A stretch of 64,000 nt of DNA, from contig NC_045697.1 of the NCBI RefSeq assembly GCF_009834535.1, positions 38,938,001 to 39,002,000 on the forward strand. Direction: 5' to 3'. Below, in pieces: positions 10,671-23,325 of this stretch; position 1 is the stretch's first letter; each line of letters starts with the position of its first letter. The notes beneath the pieces are model-generated. The model had not been told where the DNA came from. It was given only the letters and a program-made list of their open reading frames with translations, and did not search any database. Made by a program: the position numbers and the translations under genes. This stretch comes from Camelus ferus. Its lineage: Eukaryota.

Positions 10671-10999
10671 AGACACACACACACACACACATATACACAC
10701 ACGACTCAAGGCTGTGAAAAAAGCAAGGAAAGGAGACACAGTGTGTTCTTTTATTGCACAATTACTCCCCCACCTCACCACCACCTGCCCAGGACATAGG
10801 CCCGGCCCCAAACCCTGGCCAGGCCCCTTCCCCTGATCTTTGACCTGGTTTCACCTCTGCAAGAGAGACTTATGTGTCCTGTCCATGGGTGTAGATGAGA
10901 TGGCCTCTAAGTTTCCTTCCAAATAGGAGACTCTCTGATTCATTTGCAGAATTCTCCTTCCCTTTCTCATTCCCTACACTCTCCTATGTAGATATTTAC

Positions 11000-11230
11000 C
11001 AGTGTGACATACAGAGGGAGGAGCTAGAAATCTGGCATCAGCTGGATCTATATTTAAACCTCGGCTATGCCAATGCACTTGTTGTATGACTTTGAGCCTA
11101 TGATGTCACTGTGGTTCTCTGAGTTCCCTGCTTTTTCAGCTGTAAAGGGGAGATCGTGACTATCACCTTGCCAGAGTGTTGTAGGGATTAGCAATGGTGA
11201 CCGGGACTGGCACTGAGTAAAAGCACAGTC
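11000..11230 (+). mobile_element. MIR SINE
   Basis: tgtatgactttgagc...ctctgagttccctgctttttcagctgtaaagggg...ccttgccagagtgttgtagggattag. Confidence 0.7.
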
Positions 11231-11865
11231 TGTGTGTTTTTTAATCAAAGAAACTCTGAAACCCCTATTTGACCATCACTGATTTGGTTGGGTCTAAATA
11301 TACAAATGTACTCACTAAAGCCCAGAAATATCTAGGCCCAATCAGATACTTATGGGACCTAAATTACCTTGGAGGCATGCCTCAGCAAAGTTAGAACCTA
11401 ATAATTATTCAACTTACATGTGTCAACCAGAGTTGGCCACAGGGGCTGAAATGAGGGCATAATTTTATGTAAAAATTAAAGCCACAATCACATCATCTCA
11501 TCAGAAAAGAGAAGCAACAGAATTACAGCAAGCCGCTGCCATTTACACAAAGGAATTAAGCCCTAGACAACCCTCTCAGCAAAACTCTGCTCTAACATAA
11601 GCCATTAAGGTAACAAATGGGAATCGGAAATGACTTGGAGTAAAATCCAAGATGGAGCCACAAAGGAGCAAGGCAAAGATGTTCCGATACCATTGCCTCT
11701 CCCAAGGGCTCTGCAAACCCCCTGAAACTTTTTTTTTTTTTTTTTTTGTGGAGTTTTCCAATAGGTTCTTGCAACTCCAAACCTTTTCTTACCTTAAGCT
11801 GACAGATAAAGCCCCACAGACTGAGTCTGAGAACAGTTAGTGCTCCCCTATTCTACGTGAGTTCT

Positions 11866-12325
11866 TGTCTGAGTTTGAGTTCCCCACAAAGCAGAGTCTG
11901 ACAGAAGGACTGAGTCCAGGTCGTTTCCTAAGGAGGGCTCACCTGAAGCAGGAGTTGGGTATCAGGGAGTGTGATGTCAGGAAGGAAAGTATGTTATTGA
12001 GGTGAGACAGTACAGAAGGCCTCCTACAACCATTCATCTGAAGATGAGAGAATTTATCCACTAGCTTCCATCCCCCGGTGGTTGGAAGTTGCCAAGAGGG
12101 ACATTAATACCCCTGTACTTTTGGGTACTATTACCTGTAGGCTGAGCAGGATCCTAGGGTGTTGGAGAAGGCCCAGGGGCAGAGCACTGAAGGCCACTAG
12201 AAGAGGGATGCTGTCAGGGCAACTAGCATCTGGGCTCGTGTAAGACGACTGTCTGCTGTAGCCATGGCTGAGGTCAGAGGTGGCCAGGGGGATGGGAAGT
12301 GGGCCCCCGAATGTGTTTGTTTTAG
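11866..12325 (-). mobile_element. ERVL solo LTR (LTR16/LTR33 class)
   Basis: tgtctgagtttgagttccccacaaagcagagtctgacagaagga...atttatccactagcttccatcccccggtggttgg. Confidence 0.65.
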
Positions 12326-12559
12326 CACTCTTACATTGCCAGTCTCTCTTGCAGCTAGATTGTGATCATGTGATCCTTGAGTCTGTATGGAAGATATCTG
12401 ACAAATCCCAAACCATACTCTTACTCATGTCCACATCACCAGGGAGACTACAGCCTCCACGCAAGTGAGGGATGGACATAGAAGGGAGCTGTTTCTCAGT
12501 AAGGGGGCTGTGAGGATTAGGAGGACTTTTTTTTCTGTTCTTTTCCCTCTGAGGAGCTA

Positions 12560-12869
12560 GCTCTAACAGGGAGCTGACATACGTCCATAGAACCTCCCAT
12601 CTTCTTGTAAATATACACAGAAGCTTAGGATTTGTTTTAAAGTTCTGGGTTTGAATCCCATTGCTTTGGTTTAAATCACATGTCCATCCCTGAACCAATT
12701 ACTGTGGCCAGGGTGTGGAAAACTCTGGCCAGTCCTAGATCATATGACATATATATATCAGCTTTTCTACACCCCCTAAAGGTAAAGGCCAGTGGTAAAT
12801 CAGGGTTAAATTACTTTAAGAAAGGGATAAACGAGTGCTGGATAACAAGAGCAACAGCTACCTACAACA
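12560..12869 (-). mobile_element. Old MaLR LTR (MLT1J/K-like)
   Basis: tcacatgtccatccctgaaccaattactgtggccaggg motif; ends gctacctacaaca. Confidence 0.6.
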
Positions 12870-12885
12870 TACTCCTCTTTTTGAC

Positions 12886-13690
12886 TTTTTATTGATATGA
12901 CTTAGTGAAATGTACCAATCTAAAATGTACAGCTTTGATAACTTTTTACATACATGCTTGGGTAATCACCACCCAATTCAACATTAAATATTTTCAGAAT
13001 CCTCAGAGTTTCCCCTGTTCTCCTTCCCAGTCATAATTCTGCAAAGATAGCTCTGCAAAAGGGGTGTAGACACCATAGATTATCTTGCCTGTGCTTGAAC
13101 TTCATACAAATGCAATCAGACAGTACATGTTCTTTTGTGTTTGGCTTCTTTCACTCAATATTATGTCTGTGAGATTCATCTGTGTTGTTATATACAGCAG
13201 TAGTATATTCTTTTTCATTGCTGCATAACATTCTATTGTATAAAATACTATCCTAATCTACCGTTGATAGGCATTTGAATTGTTACCAGTTTTTGGTTAT
13301 TATGGCTAAAGCTGGCATGAACATGTTTGTCACTATCTTTTGGCAGACATATGCACTTTTTTATCTTGACCCAAGAGTGGAGTTGCTGGGGGGAGGGTAT
13401 AGCTCAAGTGGTAGAGTCCATGCTTAGCATGCACAAGGTCCTGGGTCCAATCCCCTGTACCTCCTCTAAAAGTAAGTAAATAAACCTAATTACCTCCCAC
13501 CCCCTGCCAAAAACAAAAACAAAAACAAAAAACAAGTACAAACAAAAGTGGAGTTGCTGAGTCAAAGTACAGATAAATATTTAGTTTTAAAGGGTATTGC
13601 CAAACAGTTTTCACTCCTACCAGCGGTATATGAGAGTTTCATTGGCCACACAGGCTTGCCAACAATAGGGTTTGTCAGTTCTTCTAATTC
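12886..13690 (-). mobile_element. Ancient L1 (L1ME/MB-type) 3' end, interrupted by a SINE
   Basis: ttgaacttcatacaaatgcaatcagacagtac...ggcttctttcactcaatattatgtctgtgagattcatc...agtggagttgctg. Confidence 0.85.
13389..13546 (+). mobile_element. tRNA-Ala-derived SINE (camelid Vic-1 type)
   Basis: ggggagggtatagctcaagtggtagag...cttagcatg...ggtccaatccc, body aataaacctaattacctcc, A-rich tail; TSD agtggagttgctg at 13376-13388 and 13547-13559. Confidence 0.92.
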
Positions 13691-13799
13691 CCTACTCTTC
13701 TTGATTTGTCAAATACCCTTCTACAAGATATTTGCTAGTGGACCAAAACTCCCAGCCATGGGAAAGTTTCCATAGACCAACAGTTAAAGGCTGAACTTA

Positions 13800-14140
13800 A
13801 GAGCTTAGTCCTGACCCTAAGGGCAACAGGAACTCAGAAATGGGAGACACCAGCGTGGACATGGAGAGATACAAACTTTCGGAGAGGGTGAAATGTGCAG
13901 GGCCTTGACCCATTAGTGGGATCTGAGTAAAGGAAGGGGAACGAGGAAGACATCCTGTCAGAGTGCACAGATCAAGCAAGGACAGATAGGTGGGAAAGAG
14001 CTTGGAGCAGAGACCAGGAAGGAAGCTGACCTCACCTGAGCAGAGAGTACCTCTTAAGAGCAGGAGGTGTGGTGGATTGGTAAGGAGGGGCCAGGCTTAG
14101 GCAGGGGGTTTTGAAGTTAAGAAGTGGGCTTGGGATTTGA
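13800..14140 (-). mobile_element. Degenerate L2 fragment
   Basis: Antisense L2-like ggaagacatcctgtcagagtgcacag...ggtaaggaggggccaggctt. Confidence 0.4.
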
Positions 14141-14690
14141 GTGACTGGAGTAGGGGAGGGGTTGGGGCCTTACCAAGTGCACACAGCCCTGAGTGGAGTG
14201 AGGCCTAGTAGACGAGAGTCAGCTGGTCTCGTTCAATCTGCTTCCTCCTCCTCCTCCTCACAGTGAGTAGCATCTCACCATGATGAGTGTGATAATGATT
14301 TGACTTGCAGCAGGGCCCCTGAATGCCAGCCAACTACTTCATCTGGTTCTCAACTAAGGAAGTAGCTCTCTTTCCAGGCCAGAGAGAAAACCGGATGTAC
14401 CAAGTTGAGAACTGGTATATCTGCATATACTGTACTTTAAAAGCATTTTAAAGGATTCTCAAGGGGCTAATTTTGACTTTATGTGATTTATAACTATGGC
14501 CCGACTTCACTAAATTAGAAGGCTTGTGGCAGGTGTATCTGTATAAAATGATGGAAAAAAATCCTGGGCTGTAGGCCCTGAGAATGGAAAGGAATGAATA
14601 GTTCCACTCCCCCTGTTATCCTTCTAGAACTCCCAACAGCTGGGCCCATTTACCCCCCCACCTGCAGACTCAGCTCTGTGCTGACCAGTT

Positions 14691-16050
14691 GATTCATTTG
14701 TTCATTTATCCACTTATTTATTTAGCAAACTTTCACTGGCTGCCTAGTGAAGGCCAAGGACTGAAATTAAAGATGAAAACACAGAGTGGCTGCCTTCAAG
14801 GAGCTCACAGGCAAGCAGGAAACACTGACATGCAACAATTGAATGTAAATAAGGTGTGAAAAGAACTATCAGAAAAGGAATCCAAGGACAGTATGGGGGC
14901 ATCAATGTCACCTGAGGAAAGCAAAGAAATTTTTGAGGCTGAGTCTTGAAGGATGACTTGGAATTCACCTGGTAGACATGATTGGGGGAGGGCCTTCCAA
15001 GCAAAAGAGAACAAACCACAGCAAGGCAGGAAGAGTGCAGCTTGTGTGGCTGGAGCAGTGAATTTGTTTGCAGAAGGAGCTGAGGATGCGGCTGAGAAGC
15101 AGTCAAAGTCAGGTCACGAAGGGCTACAAGCACCAAGCTAATGAACATGGACTTCATCCTGTGGATCGCGGGGGGCCACTGTAGGGTGTGAGCCAGGACT
15201 CTACGGTCCAGCAACTAGAAGCATCACACTGGCACCAGTGTGAAGGGTGAAGCAGAGGGAGTGAGCAGAGAGACAGGGAAATCAGTGTAAAAGTTGCTGC
15301 ATCAGCCTTTGTTTAAAAAAAAAAAAGATATAAATGGGCCTGTGAAAGAAATGAGGACCAGGAAATGGGTAGTTAGGAGATAAAATCTGTAAGATTTAGT
15401 GAGCTTGGAGGAGGAAAGGGGGAGGCCAGGAGAAAAGAATTTGGGTGACTCCTGTATTCTGTTTGGGCGGGTGATGGCGCTGTTATTTGGGAGAGGAAAT
15501 GTTGGAGAAAAGGAAGGTTTGAGTGGGACAGGAGAGGGGAGGGGTAGAGAAAATGAGTTTAATTTTGGTCATTTTGAGCTTGAAGTATCTGTGGGATGTA
15601 AGTAGCACACACCGTTGGAGGCGCTGTCTGGCACTGAGTTCTGAGCTGGAGACATAGATTAGGGTCATCAGTACACACGCGATCGACACAGCCTGAGTCA
15701 TCTGGTGGGGGCATGCTAGCTGAGAAGGAAAGAGGGACAAGGACAACACCATGGGGAACACCAGACTTTAAGGGGTATGTGAAACAAATGTCACCCCAGG
15801 GAAGGACATAAAGGAGCAGTTAAAAGGATAGGGAGAAAGCCACAAGAAATGATAAACTGTGAGGGCCACTTCTCCTCGTTTGTAATGTATGCAGACCAAG
15901 TAGACATGTCCAGCTCATAGTTGTTGCATGAATGAATAAACAAATGAGTGGAGTGGTGTCATGAAGATAAGGAGGCATTTCCAGAAGAGTACACACTCAA
16001 ATGCTGCAAAGAGGTCAGTGACGCAAGATGAGAACTAAGTGTTCCCTGAC
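14691..16050 (-). mobile_element. L2 LINE 3' region (~1.3 kb)
   Basis: attcatttgttcatttatcc...tagcaaactttcactg tail, ctgccttcaaggagctcacag, gagtttaattttggtcattttgagcttgaag, gctgcaaagaggtcag. Confidence 0.85.
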
Positions 16051-16278
16051 TGATCTGCACTTGAACAGGAAGCCCTGGGGCAGCCTCCACCACCTCATCC
16101 TGAAGAGCTCAGCCTGAGTTGATCTCTGCCCCGCGCAGACCAGGGCATGGTTCCCCAGTGCGACCATAAGATGCTCCTTATGCTGTGACTCACCAGGAAG
16201 CCCTCCTGGACTTCCACCCTCATGCCCCAGAGCTGGATCGCTTCCCTTAATTCAGTTCCCAAGTTCCTACTTTGGTAC

Positions 16279-16794
16279 TTTATTAGTTGTCTATTGTCAC
16301 GTATCAAATTACTCTAAAACTTAGTGGTTTAAAACCACATGCATTTACCAACTCACAGTTTCTAGGTTAGGAATCTGGGCATGGCTTAACTGGGATCTCT
16401 GCCTCAGGGTCTCTCAGAAGGCTGCAGTTAAGTTTCAACTGAGACAGGGTCTATTTCCAACTCACTCATTGGTTGTTGGCAGTTCCTCATGGGCTGTTGG
16501 TTTGAGGGTCTCAATTCTTTACACGCTGTTGGCCACTGGTGTCCCTCAGTTCCCTGGGATAAGGGCCTCTCTGGCAAGGCAGCTTGCATCATCAAAGCCA
16601 ACAAAAGAATCTGCTAGCAGGACTGAAGTGATAACCTTTGGTAATCTAACTGTGAAGGTGACATTCCGTCATTCTGAGTTACCCACAGGTCACCAGGTCC
16701 AGCCCACACTCGAGGCGGGTGGGTTACACAAGGGTAATCATCGGGTCCCCATGGTGAGAATCACTGGGGTTCATTTTAGAAATCTGCCTAAAAC
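16279..16794 (-). mobile_element. MaLR solo LTR (MLT1F-like)
   Basis: tattagttgtctattg...aaattactctaaaacttagtggtttaaaac...ggaatctgggcatggcttaactggg...ggtccagcccacactc. Confidence 0.85.
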
Positions 16795-16919
16795 CTCCAT
16801 TCTTTCCCAGAAGTTAGGATCTGTTTTGCTGAGAATAACTCTTCTCTGACAGTCATCTTCACCATCTTGGTTGGACCAAGGCAGAAGAGTCCCGTGACCT
16901 CCGATTTACCGGTGTGAGT

Positions 16920-17178
16920 AGTAGCTAGCGCTCATACAGTGCTGACTGCAGCAGGTTTCACGTGAGCTTTACATAAGCTTTACAGATATGACCGCATTTA
17001 ATCTTCAAAACAGCTCTTTGAAGCAGATACTCTTGTTAACTCACTTTACAGACAAAGCAACTGAGTTGCAAAGAATTAAGTATCTTGCCAAAAGTCACAA
17101 AGTTATTAAGTAGTAGAAATGGGATTTGAGATCCAAGAGTTTGGCTGAAGAATTCCTGCTGTTGACCATTGTGCTGTG
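16920..17178 (-). mobile_element. MIR SINE, near full length
   Basis: catttaatcttcaaaacagctct...tttacagacaaagcaactgag...cttgccaaaagtcaca...gggatttgagatccaag. Confidence 0.8.
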
Positions 17179-18139
17179 TTGACTATTTTGTAACCTGAGT
17201 ATAAGCTGGAATACAGTGCTGTCCAGCCCAAGGATGAAAAGCCATTAAAACAAAACATTAAAAACATTGAGCACACCAAACCAAAATTCCAATATTTAAT
17301 TAGCATTAGAAGAGATTCAACCCATACCATATAGCTCCCAGAACCTCTCATTTGCCAACTCTTCCCTGTAAATGTTCCCTGAAACCTAGCCCACATTTTT
17401 CCATTTTCTTTTTTCCCTACTTCTCTCTTAGCTCCTTATTATATAGGCTGATTTGGCCTTTTGACTTCATTCATTAGTATCTAGTCAATTTAGCCCATGG
17501 CCTGAATTTTACAGACCAAAGGGTAATCCTGGAACAGACCAAGCCATCAAGAATTTTACTCCTTTTCCTAACTGTCCAGTCTGGTTTCTCTCTCCCTATC
17601 TCTATATTATGAGAGAAACAAGAGAATTGACAGAATTCTTCTTGGAGAGCAGGAGAGAGGGAGAAGCTAAGCAGTACAGAGAAAATTCTGTTTAGCTGGT
17701 GATGGGGGGATGGAGGGGAGAAAGATCAGTGGGCCAGGAACACATAAGCTAATAATCCTCGTCATTGTCACATCCCAAGAGATGCGTGAGTGCTGTGCTA
17801 TGTCCTTATTATCACAAACAAGGTTGCCAAGACTCATCTTGTGATGAGTGGGCAGTCCCAGCAGAACTGAGAACCTGGGGAGTGGCAGGGAAGCTTTCTT
17901 CTCAGATCTTGCTCACCTAGCTCTTTCCTCTGAGGCTGAATTTGGGTAAAGCATGTGGAGAACAAGGGGGAATGAGAGATGCTTCCAGCTCTCCAAGCCC
18001 CTCTGCCAACCAACAGACCTGGGGTCCACTTTTTGCTTCCAAGCCTGGGTCTGGGAAGATTGTGAGAGCTGATTTAGGGAAAGATTAAGTACCCAAACTT
18101 CATTTTCTCTCAGAGTAAAACAGGGCACTGACTCTTAAC

Positions 18140-18972
18140 TCCTGTAATTATTACTTCAGCAAAGCCTCTCTAATAGGTCCCTCTCATCCATTCTTTTTTT
18201 CTTTTCTTTTTCTTTTTTTGGTGGGGAGAGGTAATTAGGTTTGTTTATTTATTTATTATTTTTAGAGGAGGTACTGGAGATTGAACCCAAGACCTCGTGC
18301 TTGCTAAGCATGCACTCTACTACTTGAACTATACCTCCCCCTTTTCATCCATTCTTGCTGTCAACACCCTCGTGTGTAATTTCTTCCCAGAGCCACTGCA
18401 ACTGCTCCCTAAGTCATCCCCTACTTCCTGTCTTTCTCCCCCTCAATCCATTTTACACAGCACCACCAGTTTAATTTTCCCCATTACCAGCCTGATCACA
18501 CCTCTTCCCTACTCAAAATCTCTGTTGCTCCCCTTTCCCTATAAATCTTCATCTAACCTTCAAGACCCTCAAAACCCTCTTTCTAGACATATTCTTCTAC
18601 ATGTATGATCCGTCTAAGACAGCGGACTCATTGCCAAGCAGTCTACACTCCTCTGCTCCCATCATTCTCCTGCCTCTAATCTGCTTTCCACCCCTACTCC
18701 AAATTCAAAGGCCACCTGAAAAGGTACCTCCCATGAGAAACATACCCAGACGATTATAACTGAAAGTAATTTCTCCCTTCTTTCATTTCCCATTTGATCA
18801 TCTTTATGGCATTTTTCTTACACTAGCATCTCTCTCTACCACCCGTCTATTGGAAAGTACGTGTTTTGAGAGAAGAGATGTTTTCTTGCTAACCTTCAAA
18901 TATCCAGTAGTGCCCAGTAAAGAGCTTTAAATGCTAAATGTTCAACATTCAACAAATAGTTGTTGAATTGAA
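18140..18972 (+). mobile_element. L2 3' region, interrupted by a SINE
   Basis: ccattttacacagcaccaccagtttaattttcc...ctgatcacacc; tail ttcaacaaatagttgttgaattgaa. Confidence 0.7.
18196..18341 (-). mobile_element. tRNA-Ala-derived SINE (Vic-1 type)
   Basis: Antisense gaggtaattaggttt...ggaggtactggagattgaacccaagacctcgtgcttgctaagcatgcactctactacttgaactatacctcccc; TSD tcatccattctt at 18184-18195 and 18345-18356. Confidence 0.92.
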
Positions 18973-19397
18973 AAGAAGTTTGCAGGGCTGAGCTCTCTCT
19001 TGCCCTAATTTATTATCCAGTTTATTTTACATCTTCCATGGCAATAAGCGAAATGCATTCCTTTGAAGAGGGAGGGTGTGAGGGAAAGCACACCCTTGAC
19101 CTGGGTCAGGTACATTCCATAGCCTGAATTTCATCAAACCCATGAGCTTTTAGTCTCTGGGTGTTACCCAGTGGGCAACACCTTTAACTAGCCTGACCTC
19201 ATGCTTTTCAACCCTGTCACCTATCAGTGTCAGAAGGCGTGCGGCACAGAGCACGTCAAACAGGAAAAACATCTGTATCAGTGCAAGTCTACAAACATCC
19301 ATTCAACACCTACTATGACCAGCACTCTGCTAAGTGCTGGGGATGGAGGGATGGACAAGAAAGACAAGGTACGGGAACTTCCAAAGTATAATTCCAG

Positions 19398-19590
19398 TAA
19401 GAGTAGCTACCATGTGCTGATAGCTTACTATTCCAGGCCCTGGACTTGCATTGCCTGCATTAATCCTCACAGCAATCCCTCACATCGTCCTCATTTACAG
19501 ATGGGAAAACAGAGGCTTAAAGAGGTTAAGTTTTCTGCCCTGGATTGGCAGGTAGTGGAGCTAGGATGTAAACCTTGGGTTTATGACTTA
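19398..19590 (-). mobile_element. MIR SINE (preceded by an L2 tail at ~19290-19370)
   Basis: cattaatcctcacagcaatcc...catttacagatgggaaaacagaggcttaaagaggttaag. Confidence 0.8.
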
Positions 19591-20235
19591 GGTCCATTCT
19601 TAGATGCACTAATTTGCTTCCTCAACATGCTTTGTTCCTGCTCAAAATGAGATTCTTGCCCTCTTTATACTCTGAGTCTTGCAACGTGGCTTTGGGTGAA
19701 GGAATGTATAACATAGACAATCTTGCCTTCCTTTGCCTCTGGAGATTCCACATGTTCATACAGCGGTTTCCCCCTGGATTTCTCTGACTTCCTTCACCTA
19801 CAGTACTCACGTTGAAAGAGCCAGTGGGCAGAGGCAGTGTCTGCTCATACATCTGAAAGGCATCCCTCCCACCCTTCTCGGCCCTGATACTCTTAACTAT
19901 GTATTTTCTCCCTTATATTGTATGAGTTTTTGCAAATCTCCTCAAATCCTTTCTGGAACAGGTAATGCATAAGTAAATCAAATATGCCTTACACCTACTG
20001 GCTGTTCGCTATGTCACGTAAATGCGGACTAATCGATGCTTGACATGTGAAGGAGCCTTAGAGAACATCTTACCCAGTTTTCATTTTGTTCCACAGAGAT
20101 GCTTCTGGGGTTATTGGGCTCCTCGCCCCCACTGTTTCTGGAGCATTCCACTCTAATGTCTTTTGCACATAGAGCATCCTGGAACATTTCCTCTGAAAAA
20201 TGGATTCTTTGACTAATAAAAGTTCAATTTTTTAT

Positions 20236-20885
20236 TGGAAGCCTTGTGCATTGCTGATGGGAATGGAAAACTGTGGAGCCGCTATGGAAAACGGTTTGGT
20301 GGTTCCTCAAGAAATTAAACATAAAATTATCATATGATCCAGCAATTCCACTTCTGGGTACATAGCCAAAAAAAGTGAAAGCAAGGACTCAAACAAATAC
20401 TTGCACACCCATGTTCACAGTAGCATCATTCATAATTGCCAAAAGGTGGAAGCAATCCAATCAATGGATAGATGGATAAACAAAATGTGGTATATGCATA
20501 TAATGGAATATTGTTCAGACTTAAAAAGTAATTCTGACACATTCTACAACATAGATGAACCTTGACAACACTATACCAAGTGAAATAAGTCAGTCACAAA
20601 AGACCAAATATTGTATGATTCCACTTAAATGATTTACCTAGAATAGGCAAATTTATGGAGACAGAAAATAGAATGGTAGGTGCCAGGGGCTTGAGGGAGG
20701 GAGGGAGGAATGAGGTGTTAGTGTTTAACATGTATGAAATTTCAATTAGGGAAGATGAAAAAGTTCTAGAGATGGATAATGTAATGATTGCATAACAGCA
20801 TGAATATATTTAATGCCACTGAACTATATACACTTAAAAATGTTTAAAATGGGAAATTTTATGTTCCATATATTTTGCCACATTT
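20236..20885 (+). mobile_element. L1MB-type ORF2 C-terminus plus 3'UTR
   Basis: cattgctgatgggaatg...atatgatccagcaattccacttctggg...gatgaaaaagttctagagatggat...aatgccactgaact. Confidence 0.9.
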
Positions 20886-20902
20886 TTTAGTTTGAAGTAT
20901 CC

Positions 20903-22817
20903 TTTTTAAAAATTTATTTTTATTGAAGAATAGTTGATTTACAGTGTTGTGTTAGTTTCAGGTGTACAGCAAAGTTACTCAGTTATATATATGTGTATAT
21001 ATAACTGAATAACATATATGTGTGTGTGTGTGTGTGTGTACTTTTTTCAGATTCTTTCCCATTATAGGTTATTACAAGATATTGCATATGGTTCCCTGTG
21101 CTATACCGTGGGTCCTTGTTGTTTATCTATTTTATATATAGTAGCGAGTATCTGTTAATCCAAAACTCTTAATTTATCCCTCCTCCCCACCCCTTTCCCT
21201 TTTGGTAATCATAGTTTGTTTTCTATGTCTGTGAGTCTATTTACAGGTTGTGAATAAATTCATTTGTATCATTTTTTTAGATTGCATATATAAGTGATAT
21301 TATATGATGTTTGTCTTTCTCTGTCTGACTTACTTCACTTAATATGATAATCTCTAGGTCCACCCATGTTGCCGCAAGTGGCATTATTTCATTCTTTTTA
21401 TGGCTGAGTAATATTCCATTGTGTGTGTGTGTATACACACACACATATCATATCTTCTTTATCCAGTCATCTGTTGATGGATATTTAGGTTGTTTCCATG
21501 TCTCAGCTATTGTAAATAGTGGTGCTATGAACATTGGGGTGCATGTGTATTTTCAAGTTATACATTTCTTCAGATATGTGCCCAGGAGTGGGATTGCTGG
21601 GTCATATGGTAACTGTAGTTTTAGTTTTTTTGAGGAAACTCCATACTGTCCTCCATGATGGCTGCATCAATTTACATTCCCACCAACAGTGTAGGAGGAT
21701 TCCTTTTTCTCCACACCCTCTCCAGCATTTATTATTTGTAGGCTTTTTAATGATGGCCACTCTGACTGGTGTGAGGTGATACTTCATTGTAGTTCTGATT
21801 TGCATTTCTCTAATAAATAAATTGAACATCTTTTCATGCGCCTGTTGGCCATCTGTGTATCTTCTTTGGAGAAATGTCTATTTAGGTCTTCTGCCCATTT
21901 TTTTGATTGAGTTGCTTTTTTGTTTGTTTGTTTTTTTGATATTAAGCTGTATAAGCTGTTTGTCTATTTTGGAAATGAATCACTTGTCAGTCTCATCATT
22001 TGCAAAATATATTCTCCCATTCCATAGGCTGTATTTTTATTTTATGTATTTATGGTTTCCTTTGCTATGTAAAAGCTTTTAAGTTTTATTAGATCCCATT
22101 GCTTATTTTTGTTTTTATTTCCATTACTCTAGGAGGCAGATCAAAAAAAATATTGCTGTGATTTATGTCAAAGAGTATTCTGCCTATGTTTTCCTCTAAG
22201 AGTTTTAGAGTATAAGTCTTACATTTAGGTCTTTAATCCATTTTGAGTTTATTTTTATATATGGTGTTAGAAATGTCCTAATTTCATTCTTTTTACATGT
22301 AGCTGTCCAGTTTTCCCATCACCACTTATTGAAGAGACTGTTCTTTCTCCATTGTATATCCTTGCCTCCTTTGTTTAAGTGACCATAAGTGCATAGGTTT
22401 ATTTCTGGGCTTTCCATCCTCTTCCATTGATTTATGTGTCTGTTTTTGTGCTAGTACCATACTGTTTTGCTTACCTATAGCCTTGTAATATAGTCTGAAG
22501 TCAGAGATTGTGATTCCTCTAGCTCCATTCTTCTTTCTCAAGATTGTTTTGGCTATTCAGGGTCTTTGTGTTTCCATATAACTTAAATTTTTTTTTGTTC
22601 CAGTTGTGTGAAAAATGTCATTGGTAATTTGATAGAGAACATACTGAATCTGTATTTGCCTTGGGTAGGATAGACATTTTAACAGTATTGATTCTTCCAA
22701 CCCAAGAACACAGTATATCTTTCCATCTGTTTGTGTCATCTTTAGTTTCTTTCATCAGTGTCTTAAAGTTTTTGGAGTAGAAGTCTTTTGCCTCCCTAAG
22801 TAAGTTTATTACTAGGT
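20903..22817 (-). mobile_element. L1 1.9-kb 3' portion (ORF2 relic plus 3'UTR, cetartiodactyl-type)
   Basis: Minus ORFs [36 protein letters not shown] and KKNGARGITISDFRLYYKA are L1 ORF2; imperfect TSD tttgccacattttt / tttaccatattttt. Confidence 0.93.
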
Positions 22818-22851
22818 ATTTACCATATTTTTTTTAAAAGTTCAATTTCTC

Positions 22852-23205
22852 TTAAGTCTGACAGGGAGAGACAAACACTGTATGTTACCACTTATATGGA
22901 AATCTGAAAAATAAAACTAGTGAATATAACAAAAAAGAAACAGACTCACAAATGTAGAGAACAAGCTAGTGGTTACCAGTGGGGAGAGGGAAGGGGGAAA
23001 GGGCAAGATGGGGTAGGGCATTAAGAGGTAAAAACTACTATGCATAAAATAAATAAGCTACATGGATATATAGTACAACACAAGGAATAGAGCCAATATT
23101 TTATAATAACTGTAAATGGAGTATAATCTTTAAAAATTGTGAATCACTGTGTTGTACACCTGAAATTTACATAATGTTGTGAATCAACTATATCTCAATT
23201 TTTTA
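22852..23205 (+). mobile_element. L1 3' end (L1MA9/laurasiatherian-type)
   Basis: aagtctgacagggagagacaaacactgtatg...gtgaatcactgtgttgtacacctgaaa...tcaactatatctcaa; TSD aaaagttcaatttctc at 22836-22851 and 23206-23221. Confidence 0.9.
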
Positions 23206-23219
23206 AAAAGTTCAATTTC

Positions 23220-23325
23220 TCATTTCATAGAAGAGGAACTGGAGTTTCAAGGTGAAGTGGCTTGTCCAAGGTCACTCAGCAAAGTGAGTAGTACCGCCAG
23301 GAGCAGTAGAACCCAGTGCTGCTGG
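23220..23325 (-). mobile_element. MIR fragment
   Basis: catttcatagaagaggaactggag...gtgaagtggcttgtccaaggtcactcagc. Confidence 0.65.

Noticed and set aside
14280..14322. C/D box snoRNA-like motifs (ATGATGA...CTGA; also near 17841 and 42124)
   Set aside because: Spacing too short or no terminal stem; no recognisable guide sequence.
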